Of a DNA stretch of 64,000 nt, positions 40,300 through 53,465 are shown piece by piece (position 1 is the stretch's first letter; every line of letters begins with the position of its first letter). A model generated the notes under the pieces. It was given only the letters and a program-made list of their open reading frames with translations. It was not told the DNA's origin and searched no databases. The stretch lies in assembly GCA_951406725.2 (NCBI GenBank), contig OX597819.1:35650001-35714000 (forward strand). Direction: 5' to 3'. This DNA is from Octopus vulgaris. Taxonomy: Eukaryota. Made by a program: the position numbers and the translations under genes.

Positions 40300-40740
40300 A
40301 AATTTAATATTAGAGTGGTTGTATACTGTCAACTTAACCTGTCATCAGCCCAGGATTAGAAATTTAATATTTCTGATTACGGTAACCAGTGAATAGATTT
40401 CACTGTAAATATATATATTTGTGAAGGGTGGACAGGCACCTCAATCAGCAGATCTCACTATCCTGGGCTGATGACGGGTTAAGACCCAGAAACATGCATG
40501 TCCTCAGGTGTGAATCTTGGCTGGTAGGGGTGCTTGCCTCCCCTTCACAAATATAAGGACGCAGAAAATGTGTCAAAGCCGACAGGAAGTGTTCGATGCT
40601 TCCTAGGGTTAAATAGCGGTGGTGTAATTCCCATACAGGACTGTCACGTTAAGTTGACAGTATACAACCACTCTATCGCTCCACCACCGCTCATGTCTCT
40701 TTGAGACATTTAGAAATTTAATATTTCCAAATTTAATATT
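40300..40740 (+). mobile_element. Hammerhead-bearing retrozyme-like element, family R1 copy 2
   Basis: TSD aaatttaatatt at 40300-40311 and 40729-40740; inverted piece 40312-40355; ttagaaatttaatatttc at 40356 and 40710 (354-nt period). Confidence 0.8.
40462..40508 (+). ncRNA. Minimal type I hammerhead ribozyme with intact core
   Basis: cctggg-CTGATGA-c gggt taag accc a-GAAAC ATGCAT GTC-ctcagg; palindromic stem III; predicted cleavage after 40502. Confidence 0.85.
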
Positions 40741-41364
40741 GCAGCCTGGAAAACCTGGGTAGCTGAATTTCACAACACTTTTTGAATGTTTCTTCTAAAT
40801 AATAATAATGATAATAATTATAATAATTATAATAATACAGAGATTTATAAATAGATAGATTAATACATACATACATACATACATACATACATACATACAT
40901 ACATACACGCACATACACATACACCCAGTTCATTGATATTCTACTCCATTCTGTTTGCTGAAATGACCAGAACGTGGTAATATCCATTTCAGTATACAAG
41001 TTCACATTGAATTCTTTGCTAAATAATTTAAAAGAAATGAATAGAAGCTTGTTTCTAAAGAATAACATTCATGACACCAGGATTGTTATTAACAATTTCA
41101 GCAATCTATAAATCAACTACAAATCTATCAGGTATTTGTACAAGCGATTGTATCAACTAACAGCACCTAAAATAACTATCATTCTTCCAGTTCTCATTCC
41201 AATTATGAACAAATTCCTGTTTGTGAAATTCATGTTGACACTAACTCATAACGCAGACACTGGAAACTTTCAGTGATCAAATATCTTGTTCAGAAAAACT
41301 AAAACTATACTCCCTTGGCTTATGTGTTATATGTGCCTAATTCATACATTGATAACCATGTACC

Positions 41365-41967
41365 TGTTTCTTATTTGTTTATTGCCCACAAAGGGCTAAA
41401 CATAGAGGGGACAAACAAGGACAGACAAAGGGATTAAGTCGATTACATCGACCCCAGTGCGTTACTGGTACTTAGTTTATTGACCCTGAAAGGATGAAAG
41501 GTAAAGTCGACCTCGGCAGAATTTGAACTCAGAACGTAACGGCAGACGAAATACCTATTTCTTTATTACCCACAAGGGCTAAACATAGAGGGAACAAACA
41601 AGGACAGACAAACGGATTAAGTCGATTACATCGACCTCAGTGCGTAACTGGTACTTAGTTTATTGACCCCGAAAGGATGAAAGGCAAAGTCGACCGTGGC
41701 AGAATTTGAACTCAGAATGTAATAGCAGACAAAATACCTATTTCTTTATTACCCACAAGGGGCTAAACATAGAGAGGACAAACAAGGAAAGACATAGGTA
41801 TTAAGTCGATTACATTGACCCCAGTGCGTTACTGGTACTTAGTTTATTGACCCCGAAAGGATGAAAGGCAAAGTCGACCTTGGCAGAATTTGAACTCAGA
41901 ACGTAATGGCAGACGAAATACCGCTAAGCATTTCGCCTGGTGTGCTAACATTTCTGCCAGCTCGCCT
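41365..41967 (-). mobile_element. Head-to-tail trimer of SINE family B
   Basis: Three ~185-bp units; only the rightmost keeps the 5' head (ggcgagctggcagaaatgttagc on minus). Confidence 0.9.
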
Positions 41968-42029
41968 ATAGCAAGACAACTGTTTCTGCCTCTCTGTCTC
42001 TTGGTCACCCTCTGACCTTTAATCCTCTG

Positions 42030-42390
42030 ATACAAGTTCTCTTCTCAAATGACCCTGCCCCTCTCAAAATTCCTTGTCTTATGATTTGCTTGGTGACTCC
42101 GCCAGTGCTAGTGCCAAGTAAAAAGCATCCAGTCCACACTGTAAAGTGGTTGGCATTTGGAAGGGCATCCAACTGTAAAAATCATGCCAAAACTAACCTT
42201 GCTTGTGCTAGTGCCATGTAAAAAGCACAAAGTCCACTCTGCAGGGCAGTTGGTGTTAGGAAGGGCATCCAGCCATAAAAACCCTGGCAAAACAGACACA
42301 GTGGCCTGGGATTGTCTTCTACCTGGCTGGCTCCTGTCAACCATTCTACCCATGTTGCAGACATTAAACAATGATGATGATGAGGATAAT
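42030..42390 (+). mobile_element. Repeat family E ((GAT)n-tailed, RTE-associated SINE-like)
   Basis: ggttggcg/tgttaggaagggcatccagc core with internal duplication; relatives at 22200-22740, 36465-36790, 45800-46520, 50714-52130. Confidence 0.7.
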
Positions 42391-42922
42391 GACGATACAT
42401 GTGTGTGTTTGTGTGTGTGAGTGTGTGTATATGTGTGTGAAGGCACAGAACTCAGTGGCTAGAGTGTTGCACTCATGATTCTGTGTCAGTGAGACATGGA
42501 GGAATATAGTGAAAATCAACAGAATGCTAGATGTATTCCATTAATGATTCTTGAGAAGGATTTTCAAGAATGTCCACACCCAATGAAAACATTTAAAAAA
42601 GAGACAACACAGGACCACTTGGTGAAATTGTCAGAGGGTGAAGATTACAGCTAGCAGATCATATACTCCAGCTATCAAAACAAATTTATTCTAAAACAGC
42701 TTTAAATAGACACCACCAGAGAGAAAAAGTTAGAGAGGAAGACTGAAAAGTACACGGCACAGAATATTCATAACTGACAAAAAGAGGTCAATATCCCATG
42801 GATGGATGAAGGGAAAACTGCAGCGAATAGAAACTGATGGTATCAACTTGCTACCCAATGTACTCAAGCGAACAGAAAAAACTGATTCTGATATAGTATA
42901 TATATATACATTATTATTCTTT

Positions 42923-43302
42923 AGGCGTAGGTGTGGCTGTGTGGTAAGTAGCCTGCTTACAAACTACATAAGTGGCACCTTGGACAAGTGTCTTCTACTA
43001 TAGCCTCGGGCCAACCAAAGCCTTGTGAGTGGATTTGGTAGACGGAAAGCCAGTCGTATATATGTATATGTATGTATGTGTATATGTTTGTGTGTCCATG
43101 TTTGTCCCCCCAACATCGCTTGACAACCGATGCTGGTGTGTTTACCTCCCCGTAACTTAGCAGTTTGGCAAAAGAGACCAATAGAATAAGTACTTGGCTT
43201 ACAAAGAATAAGTCCTGAGGTCGATGTACTCGACTAAATGCGGTGCTCCAGCATGGCCACAATCAAATGACTGGAACAAGTAAAAAAGTAAAAGAGAGAG
43301 TA
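42923..43302 (+). mobile_element. SINE family A
   Basis: Matches 56939-57340 with small internal deletions. Confidence 0.9.
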
Positions 43303-43365
43303 CATGTGTATGTGTGCGTATATGAATGTATGTATATATGTATGTATGCATGTATGTATGTATAT

Positions 43366-43430
<65 letters not shown>

Positions 43431-43896
43431 TGTATATATATATGTTCTTCTGGTCTTCATACATTTCATTAACAACTGCAGGACAAATTTTTCAAAAATA
43501 TGATCCTCAACCAGATAGTGTCGATGCAAAGACACATGGATACACTCACACACCACACACACACACATACACACACACACACACACACAAACAGTACAGA
43601 TAAAACTGCATGTAATGATGTAATGCAATAGGCATATACAATAAGTACTCAGGTTGGTTCACTACTAAAACTCCAACTTGACCTTGCAACTAAAACAAAA
43701 GTGGTGTTTTAGTTGCCAAACAATGATGATCTGAAAGTGGTTCCTGATTGGGTGAAGAGATTGTTGTATAGTGAACCTGTACATCCTTCCAAGTAAAAAG
43801 CTATTATAAATAGACCGGTAGCCATCAACAGGAAGAAGGTCGAGTGTACGTGTAGACTGTGTTGATAGTCGTGTTTGTGCTGATATAGTAATTATA

Positions 43897-44468
43897 CTGT
43901 TGTTGTTTGTTCCTTCTCAAGCCATGCCTGGCTCATATGGGCCAGTTTCCCAGTTTCTTGGCATATAGGTTCCCCACCAGGACGGGACGCCAGTCCGTCG
44001 CAGGTGAGCTGCAAGATGCAGGAGGAAAGAGTGAGAGAAAGTTGTGGCGAAAGTGTTAGCAGAAGTTTTACCATTACCTTCTGCTGGAGCTGTGTGGAGC
44101 TTAGGTGTTTCGCTCATAAACACACACATCGTCCGGTCTGAGATTTGTACCCATGATCCCTCGACTGCGAGTCCGCTGCTCTAACCACTAGGCCATGTGC
44201 TTCCACCAAACAAATAAATGATCCCTTTTTTAAAGCCTAGCCAGGCTCATGGGCCCGGTTTCCTGGTTTCTATGGCGTATATGTGCCCCACCTGGATGGG
44301 ATGCCAGTCCATCGCAATATTACTCATTTTTGCCAGCTGAGTGGACTGGAGCAACATGAAATGAAGTGTTTTGCTCAAGAACACAAGGCGTCGCCCGCTC
44401 CAGGAAACAAAACCACAATCTTACGATCATGATACTGACACCCTAACCACTAAGCCATGCGCCTCCAC
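43897..44468 (-). mobile_element. Two adjacent tRNA-derived SINEs (family C variant 43897-44206; related family 44222-44468)
   Basis: Both have tRNA-like heads (tggcctagtggttag / tggcttagtggttag) and share the ccatccaggtgggg...gaaaccgggcccat tail. Confidence 0.8.
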
Positions 44469-45181
44469 AATTATACTGTGATACTGAGTGGGCGTTATAT
44501 CGACCCAACCTTTTGAGGATAATAACATTGTATGACTGGAGATTGTACAGTACAAGATAGAACCATTTTATTAATGACTTTGGAATATAACACTGTCTGT
44601 CAGAGCTCAACCATCATCAAAAGACATATACAACAGTGGCAAAAAAACCGCTTTACTACAGTGGCGATGAAGAAAAACAAATTTACATGGAGAAAGGAAA
44701 AACATTCACACGGAGAGTTTAAAACTAATTCACATGGAGAATTAAATATATTGACAAAATAAAAACAAAAATCTTTGTTGTGCAAACTTACGAAAATTGT
44801 AAAATATGGAAAACTTGTTAGCTGGGATAGCTGAGTTGCAAATATATTCTGTAAATAATAATAATGGTATTTTTATATAAGCTTAAAGCTTATGGCGATC
44901 ACCATGCAATGATTAAGGAAAATAGTTTTATAAAGGGGCATATAATCCCTCCACAGAAAAAAGAAGGCTTTCCTACTGATAGGAAAGCTTTCTTTTTCTG
45001 TCGAGGGTTTATACGCACCTTTATTAGACTATTTTCTTTAGTCATTGAACGGTGATTGCCTTAATCTTTATGCTTATATAAAAATACCACTATTATTATT
45101 TACAAGATTGTAAATCACGGCACCATAATAAAAAACCATTTGCACTGAAAACACACACACACACATATATGTATATATGTA

Positions 45182-45716
45182 CATAAGGTAAATTTAGATT
45201 CAGTAGGGTATATAACACCACTTGTTAAAATCAGAGCCAATGCTCCAAAAACCACCGAAAACTCACAATAAAGATACACATGAGCAATGCAATAAACACA
45301 TGAGAAATAGGTTTATCTTTGCGTTGAATACATCAGTAAGTAATCTATATTTCAATATCAATTGATTTCACACTTTGCATGACAAACATACCCTGTGATT
45401 TTCTGTTGAAAATAACATTTTAACATTAATAATAAGGCAGCCAGCAAGTTCACACTATTACATGCACAATATGAAGTAAATTTAGATTCAGTAGGGTATA
45501 TAATACCACTTGAAATATACATTACTTACAACACAAGGGTAAGCCTATTTCTCATATGTACATTGTATTGCTCATGTGTATCTATATCGTGAGTTTATGA
45601 TGGTTTTTAGAGCATTGGCTCTGATTTTAGCAAGTGGTATTATATACCATACTGAATCTTAATTTACCTTATATTGTGCCTGTAATAGGGTGAACTTGCT
45701 AGCCACCTTATTATTA
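45182..45716 (-). mobile_element. Retrozyme-like element family R3: 288-nt redundant monomer plus inverted copy
   Basis: gtaaatttagattcagtagggtatataa at 45188 and 45476; 45510-45716 is the reverse complement of monomer parts; lies between microsatellites. Confidence 0.65.
45350..45411 (-). ncRNA. Decayed type I hammerhead motif
   Basis: tttcaa-CAGAAAA-tcac...gtgt-GAAAT caattg ATA-ttgaaa; stems I-III pair, two core mismatches versus CUGANGA. Confidence 0.55.
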
Positions 45717-46607
45717 CTTTATTAATGCTACTAATAACAGAAATAATACTTCTTTATATTGATATATATATATATATATTTATATATATCATTAGCATCA
45801 TCATCATTTAGTATCTGTTGTCTATGCTGGTATGAGTTGGACAGTTTGACCAGGGCTGGTAAGCTGAGGGGCTGCACAGATTCCAGTCTGATTCGGCATG
45901 ATTTCTTATTTCTTTATTGCCCACAAGGGGCTAAACATAGAGAGGACAAACAAGGACAGACAAAGGGATTAAGTCGATTACATCGACTCCAGTGCATAAC
46001 TTGTACTTAATTTATTGACCACGAAAAGGATGAAAGGTTAAGTCGACCTCAGCAGAATTTGAACTCAGAACGTAATGGCAGATGAAATACCGCTAAGCAT
46101 TTTGCCCGGTGTGCTAACATTTCTGCCAGTTTGCCACCTTATTTGGCATGATTTCTATGGTTGGGTACCCTTCCTAGCACCAACCACTCTAAGAGTGTAA
46201 TGAGTGTTTTTACCTGACACCTATCTTCTGCGACTATGATTTCACTCAACTTGATGGGTCTACTCAAGCATGGCATATTGCCAAAGGACTTGGTCATTTG
46301 TCATTGCCTCTGTGAGGCCCAACGTTTGAGAGGTGCTTTTATATGCTACTGGCATCGGCCACATTGCCTCCATGAGGCCCAATGCTAGAAAGGTGCTTTT
46401 TATGTGCCACTGGCATGGATGCCAGTTATGTGGCTCTGGCATCAGCCACGACTATGATTTCACTTGGCTTGACAAGTCTTCTCAAGCACTGCATATTGCC
46501 AAAGGTCTCATTCACTAGCTTTGCTTCATCCCTCATCCCATGTATATATACATACATACATATACTGCTTCACCACCTCATCCCATGTATATATACATAC
46601 ATACATA

Positions 46608-46942
46608 TACTCTTTTACTTGTTTCAGTCATTTGTCTGTGGCCATGCTGGAGCACCGCCTTTGGTCAGGCAAATCGACCCTAGGACTTATTCTTTGTAAG
46701 CCTAGTACTTATTCTATCGGTCTCTTTTGCCAAACCGGTAAGTTATGGGGATGTAAACACACCAGCATCGGTTGTCAAGCGATGTTGCGGGGACAAACAC
46801 AGACACACAAACACACACACACACACACATATGACGAGGCTGTAGTAGAAGACACTTTTCCAAGGTACCACACGGTGGGACTGGACCCGGAACCATGTGG
46901 TTGGTAAATAAGCTACTTACCACACAGCCACTCCTACGCCTA
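46608..46942 (-). mobile_element. SINE family A with internal deletion
   Basis: Matches 6127-6537. Confidence 0.85.
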
Positions 46943-47608
46943 TATGTGTATATAGATAATAACACATGCATACAGATACATGTATAATGTTCAAATGACT
47001 TGTTGACTTGTTTGCCTAATGGGATTATCACGAACAGATGATTTTGCAAATAACAATTTGTTCAGAGATACACACAAAGAAACGCATCGAAGATAGATAG
47101 ACAGATAGAGAGAAAGAAAAAGGAAGAGAGAGAGATAGCGGGAGAGGGAGAGATATAGAGAGAAAGGGGGATGAGATATATGATATATACCAGTCTGTGA
47201 GTTTATGAACATGTGATATGCAGCTCGGGTATTGAGTCAAGTGTCAACCACATTATCTACACATGTTTGACAGTGCTTCTTGCTGCTGCTGCTGCTGTTG
47301 TTGCGATTGCAAGTGGTGGTGGTGGAGGTGGTGGAGGCTGTTGCTACTCTAGTTGTTGTTGTTGTTGTTGCTGTTACTGCCATTGCCACTATTGTTGCTG
47401 CTACTCTGATCATCCATTGAGAAGGCATTATTTGTCAAAGACATTTCAGCAGTGGCCATCACATCTTATTTATTTGCATCTACATAAAGCAAAATGCCCT
47501 TATTTTTTATTTTTTTTAAGATGATAAGAGGTGGTTTGGGGAAGAATTGACTGCTTTATCTAGCAAGTCAAGCAATCATGTAAAAACTTCCTGTTTGTTT
47601 GCTTTCAT

Positions 47609-48122
<514 letters not shown>

Positions 48123-48398
48123 TGTTGAGAGTTTTACCTTCTAGAGTACCAATTCCTGAGTGGAATACTGACCTTGAATACCTTTTAAGGACTTTTATCA
48201 TTTTACCATTTCTTGAGAGTAGTACTGACCTTGAGGGGTTCTTTTCAAGATGTTTGGCATTTAAAGATTTCTTTTAAAAGATTTGATTAAGAGTGCCATG
48301 TACTCAGCGGAGTACATACCTTGAAGTATCTCTTTATAGGATTTCAGTCAGAGAAATGTTTTATGTTAGACAGCAAAATGGAAGCTGTTGTCATTTTA

Positions 48399-48439
<41 letters not shown>

Positions 48440-48644
48440 CTGAGTAAAACTGTTACAAGATATCAGTCAATATGTTAATATATCAAATTCTTTGAAATTT
48501 CTCTTAAGCAATATATTACCAGAACCAATTGACCTTTGTTTTCTCTCTTCTTCCCTTTCTCCTTTTCCCTTTCTTCCTCTTCCTCTTCTCTGTGTGTGTA
48601 TATGCATATGTATGTGTATATGTGTTCATGTATGAGTGTATGCA

Positions 48645-48716
<72 letters not shown>

Positions 48717-48808
48717 TAGATAGATAGATAGATATAGATATAGATATATTGATAGAAATGGCAAGACAACAAAAGAATGAAAGAGACCTCGATATTATGT
48801 AAAAAGGG

Positions 48809-48846
<38 letters not shown>

Positions 48847-49519
48847 TAGATAGATAGATAGATAGATATAGATATAGATATAGATATATTGATAGAAATG
48901 GCAAGACAACAAAAGAATGAAAGAGACCTCGATATTATGTAAATAGGGGAATTCATCTGTAAATATAATATGTGCCTATATGTATATACTCATCTATCCT
49001 CACTTGGAACACACACATGCTCACCCACATATTCCCCAAAAAATATATACATACCTGCATACATGCATGCACACACACACATGCATACAAAAAGGTTCAT
49101 ACACACGTCTATATATGCACATGCACAAGAAAAAACAGGGCTAAAGGCAAAATACAGAAAATGTGTTAAAAAAGTGTAAAAAATAAGCAATAAGAGTAAA
49201 ACACTTCTATATATGCATATACTGGCATGCGCACACACGCATGCATCTATATATGCACATACCCACACACATGCACACATACACACATCCACACGCGTGC
49301 ACAAAAAATTCCATATACATGTCTATATATGCACAGGAAAAATGCAGGGTGGAAGGTAGAATACAGAAAAATTATGTGTAAAAAATATATGAGCAATAAA
49401 ACTATAAAACAATATCGTTATAAATATGTAAAAAATATTTAAAAAATATATAAGAAATATAAGAAAAAAAGATAGAGAGATAAAAAGCTTGTATGTGAAC
49501 ACAATATAGAAAGCAAGTC

Positions 49520-50089
49520 CTATCTGTAATCTTGAGGGGGCCAAAAACGCAACAAATATTTACCAACGTATGGACATGACCCGAAAAGTTCACTTCTTGA
49601 ATTTAGACATGTAGCGGGGTCTAAGCTGCTTTTCCAGATGAGCCATCTTTCCATATCACAAAGACCACACTTTCCACTGCCGTTGGTGTAGGGCTTACAC
49701 TTGGCTAAGATCTTCCAATGGATGTTGTAACTGACACCTTTATATTTTAAGGACCATATGTGACTGGATAATTTAGTTGTTTTCCTTTTATCCCAGTGTC
49801 TGAAGCTCAAGGTGTGATTATTGAACCTGGCATTGAAATTACCCTCTGTAAGGCCCATGTATTTCTTCGTCAAAACCATGTCCTTAGTGGATATAGAGTC
49901 CACAGTGGCTTCATAAATGATGGTCTTGGACATGCAAGCTCCATTTAGCGGGCACAGATTTTTATCCCTGCATGAACAGCTGGTTTCACATTCTGGTTTT
50001 TGTGTGTTGTGTGTGATTATATGTTCAAAATTAGTAGTTGAGCTGAAACTGATTTTTAAGTTATGTCTATTGAAGAGCTTTCTGTGTGC
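49520..50089 (-). pseudogene. Penelope-like element (PLE) GIY-YIG endonuclease domain, 5'-truncated
   Basis: Stop-free frame KLFNRHNLKISFS...CSCRDKNLCPLNGACMSKTIIYEATV...YMGLTEGNFNARFNNH...WKIL...CGLCDMERWLI...LNSRSEL. Confidence 0.85.
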
Positions 50090-50245
50090 TTACGCAATTA
50101 CTATGAACATTTTTACTCCCTTACCCTTACTCCCACCCATTACTTAGTGGTCATTCGAATAGCTCTTTTGTCTTAATAACAGTCAATCACACAGTAATTT
50201 CCCTTTGTTTTAACAGCTATTTTCATAGCATTTTTTTTGATGACC

Positions 50246-50308
50246 TGATAACTGAAGAGATATCGGCATGGGTTTCTGCCCCGACATCCAAAACTCGGAG
50301 ATTTATCA
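50246..50308 (+). ncRNA. Decayed type I hammerhead motif next to the PLE fragment
   Basis: tgataa-CTGAAGA-gatatcgg...ccgacatc-cAAAAC tcggag at-ttatca; GAAA and UH positions mutated. Confidence 0.5.
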
Positions 50309-50394
50309 TGGCTACTGAATAATTGTCACATATTATATTTACAGATATATATATATATATATATATACATTATTTATCATCAGCAGAAAATTCA

Positions 50395-50443
50395 GCAAAT
50401 GTTACTCTGAGTTTCACGTTCCCGTTCGTCGGACAGTTTTTGC
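50395..50443 (-). ncRNA. Minimal type I hammerhead motif, CCGACGA core variant, within hairpin 50381-50495
   Basis: gcaaaaactgt-CCGACGA-acg ggaa cgt-GAAAC tcaga GTA-acatttgc. Confidence 0.6.
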
Positions 50444-50713
50444 TAGAACGGGAATGTGAAACTCAGAGTAACAGGTTTTGTTGAATTTTCTGCTGCTTTT
50501 TTCTGCATATTACTCTACCACTGGTATTTGAGTACTCTTTTTTCCACCTTGTTTCACATTTATGTGTTTACTCCGGTATATATATATATATTTGAAAAAC
50601 TGAATAGAAAGGACTTTTGTATTAAAGTGGAAAAAATCATCAGAAAAGCTATTTCTATTCATTTTTTCAAATATACAATACTGTACCACGGATTTTCTAT
50701 TTCTTATTCTACT

Positions 50714-51039
50714 ATCATCATCATCGTTTAACGTCCGTTTTCTGTGCTAGCATGGGTTGGATGGTTCGACTGGGGTCTGGGAAGCCCGAAGGCTGCACCA
50801 GGCTCCAGTCTGATCTGGCAGTGTTTCTACAGTTGGATGCCCTTCCTAACGCCAACCACTCCGCGAGTGTAGTGGGTGCTTTTACGTGCCACCGGCACAG
50901 GTGCCAGGGGAGTCTGGCAGCAATCCCCGATCGGTTGGTACTTTTGACATGCCACCGGCACGGAAGCCAGTCGAGGCAGCGCTGCATCGGCCACGTTTGG
51001 ATGGTGCTTTTTATGTGCCACCGGCACAGGTATCACAAC

Positions 51040-51042
<3 letters not shown>
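50714..51042 (-). mobile_element. Repeat family E, well-preserved copy
   Basis: catcatcgtttaacgtccgttttc...ggatgcccttcctaacgccaaccac plus repeated tttt.tgtgccaccggcac units. Confidence 0.75.
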
Positions 51043-51088
<46 letters not shown>

Positions 51089-51093
51089 ATATA

Positions 51094-51129
<36 letters not shown>

Positions 51130-51186
51130 TGTATGTATGTATGTGTGTATCTATCTACCTATCTATCTATATATATATATATATAT

Positions 51187-51403
51187 ACTAGGGGAAGTCA
51201 AAAATTATTTGTACTTTCATCATAACATATCTTTATTATTGTTGCACTGCCTTCTGCACACGCATGCTTATAGATGGTACTATTGTGGTCACATGATCGA
51301 AGTTTGAGCTTGATTGCACCATTTTTCTTTCTGGCTTTACAGTGTAATCATGGCTGCTCTACTAGCAATGTGCACCAAGAAAGAATAAAAAGCGGTGATC
51401 TGA
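51187..51403 (+). mobile_element. mariner 5' end relic
   Basis: TA-ctaggggaagtcaaaaatt TIR-like start; MAALLAMCTKKE*KAVI resembles a mariner transposase N-terminus. Confidence 0.55.
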
Positions 51404-52724
51404 GGGATGATAACGGTTCACCACTACCATCTCTCAGATCAGACTAGACCTGGTACAGCCTTCTGGCCTCCCAGACCCCAGTTGAACCGTCCAACCCATG
51501 CTAGCATGGAAAGCGGACGGTAAATGATGATGATGACACACCTTCCGACCAGAGAAATCGGATCACTGCTCTTTGTTCTTCTCTGGTGCACAATACTAGT
51601 ACAGCTGCCATGCTTACACTGTGAAGCCAGAAAGAAAAATGGCATAATCAGGTTCAAACTTCAATCATGTGACCACAACAGTACCAACTATAAGCACGCA
51701 TGCACAAAAGGCAGTGTGACAATAATAAATATAAGTTATGACGATAAGTTTTTACTTCCCCTCATATATACGTATATAAGTCATCATCATCAGCAACATC
51801 ATTTAATGTCAGTGTTCCATTGGGCATGGGCTGGACAGGTTGACAGGAACTAATGTGTCCAAGGACTGCATTGTGCTCCAATGTCTGCTTTGGTGGCATG
51901 TTTCTATGGCTGGATGACCTTCTTAATGTCAACTACTTTACGCAGAGTACTGGGTGCATTTTTTTTGTGGCACCTGCACTAGTGAGGTTACCATGTAACT
52001 TTCAAGATGAAACCCTTCAATTGAGTGGGAGTATAGCACTGAGGGAGGTCGAATTATAATAGAGGGGCAGGAAGAGGTGTTTTGCTGAAGAGGATATACA
52101 TGGCTTCTCCAGATGGGGGGGGGGGAGAGAGAGAAAGAGAGAGTCAGATGCAAGACAGAGAATAGGGATAGAAAAACAGAAAGGGTTGGAGGGAAGGCAA
52201 ATGCACTGGAGTGTGAAAGGAGGTGTTACAGATTATTAAAACTGGGGCTAGAGGTGAGGGGCAGTGAATGGGGCACATGGTGGAGGCATGGTCAATGGTG
52301 AATATTAGTTTGGAGAGAAGTGAAAGGAATAGGAGTGAATCAAGCAAGGAGTAGGAGGGGGTATGTGATGGAATATGGAAATGTCAAAAAAATAAATGCA
52401 GGTCTATAAAATATAAATGAAAAGCAGAGGATAGTGACAAATAAAGATAAGCTACATTAAGAATAAATCCCCAAAAAACAAAATGATTCACTCCTTGAAC
52501 ACCTTGAATTATAGAATACTTAGACTATTATGTTTTCATCATCATCATCATCATCGTTGTTGTCATCGTCGTCGTCATCATCATCGTAGTTTTCATTGTC
52601 ATCATCATCATCATCGTCATCATCATCATCATTGTCAGCATCATCATCATCATCATCATTGTTGTTGTCATCATCATCATCATCATCATATAGTGTCCGT
52701 TTTCCAAGCCGGCATGGGTTAGGC

Positions 52725-53066
52725 CAGTGGTTCCCAACCAGAGTCCCCATGACCCCTGAGGGTCCATATCAGATTTTTGTGGGTCCACACAGCAAAATAA
52801 CTAATTGGAGATCCACAATAAGTATTTTAAGGGTCTCTGAAAAAAATTTTGTTTTAGATGTATGTATTGCAGGAAACAGCTAGGTTTCTTTCTCTAGCAT
52901 TTTATGTAGTTCTACCTACACAAGTTAATGTGTGAATAACAAAATAAGAATTTTGAAAGAAGTTTCTATAAAACTAGTTTTTAAACATCAAATGGCTATG
53001 GGGGTTCACCAAAATATAATAGTTATCAAAAGGGGTCCATAGATGAAAAATGGTTGAGAACTCCTT
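52725..53066. mobile_element. hAT-like MITE inserted in a family E copy
   Basis: Termini cagtggttcccaacc...ggttgagaactcct; family E sequence resumes after it; TSD not clear. Confidence 0.6.
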
Positions 53067-53162
53067 AAACTGGAGAGCTGCACTAGGCTGCAGTCTGTTT
53101 TGGCTTAGTTTCTATGGTTGGATGCTCTTCCTAGCACCAACCACTCCATAGAGTCTACAGAG

Positions 53163-53465
53163 TGGAGGCACATGGCCTAGTGGTTAGAGTAGCGGACACG
53201 CAGTCGAGGGATCGCGGGTTTGAATCTCAGACCGGGCGATGTGTGTGTTTATGAGCGAAACACCTAAGCTCCACGCGGCTCCGGCAGAAGGTAATGGTGA
53301 ACTTCTGCTGACTCTTTCACCACAACTTTCTCTCACTCTTTCCTCCTGCATCTTGCAGCTCACCTGCGACGGACTGGTGTCCCATCCAGGTGGGGAACTT
53401 ATACGCCAAAAAACTGGGAAACCGGTCCTTATGAGCCAGGCATGGCTCGAGAAGGAACAAACAAC
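53163..53465 (+). mobile_element. tRNA-derived SINE family C variant
   Basis: tggcctagtggttagag...gggtttgaatctc head; matches 26878 and 43897 copies. Confidence 0.85.
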
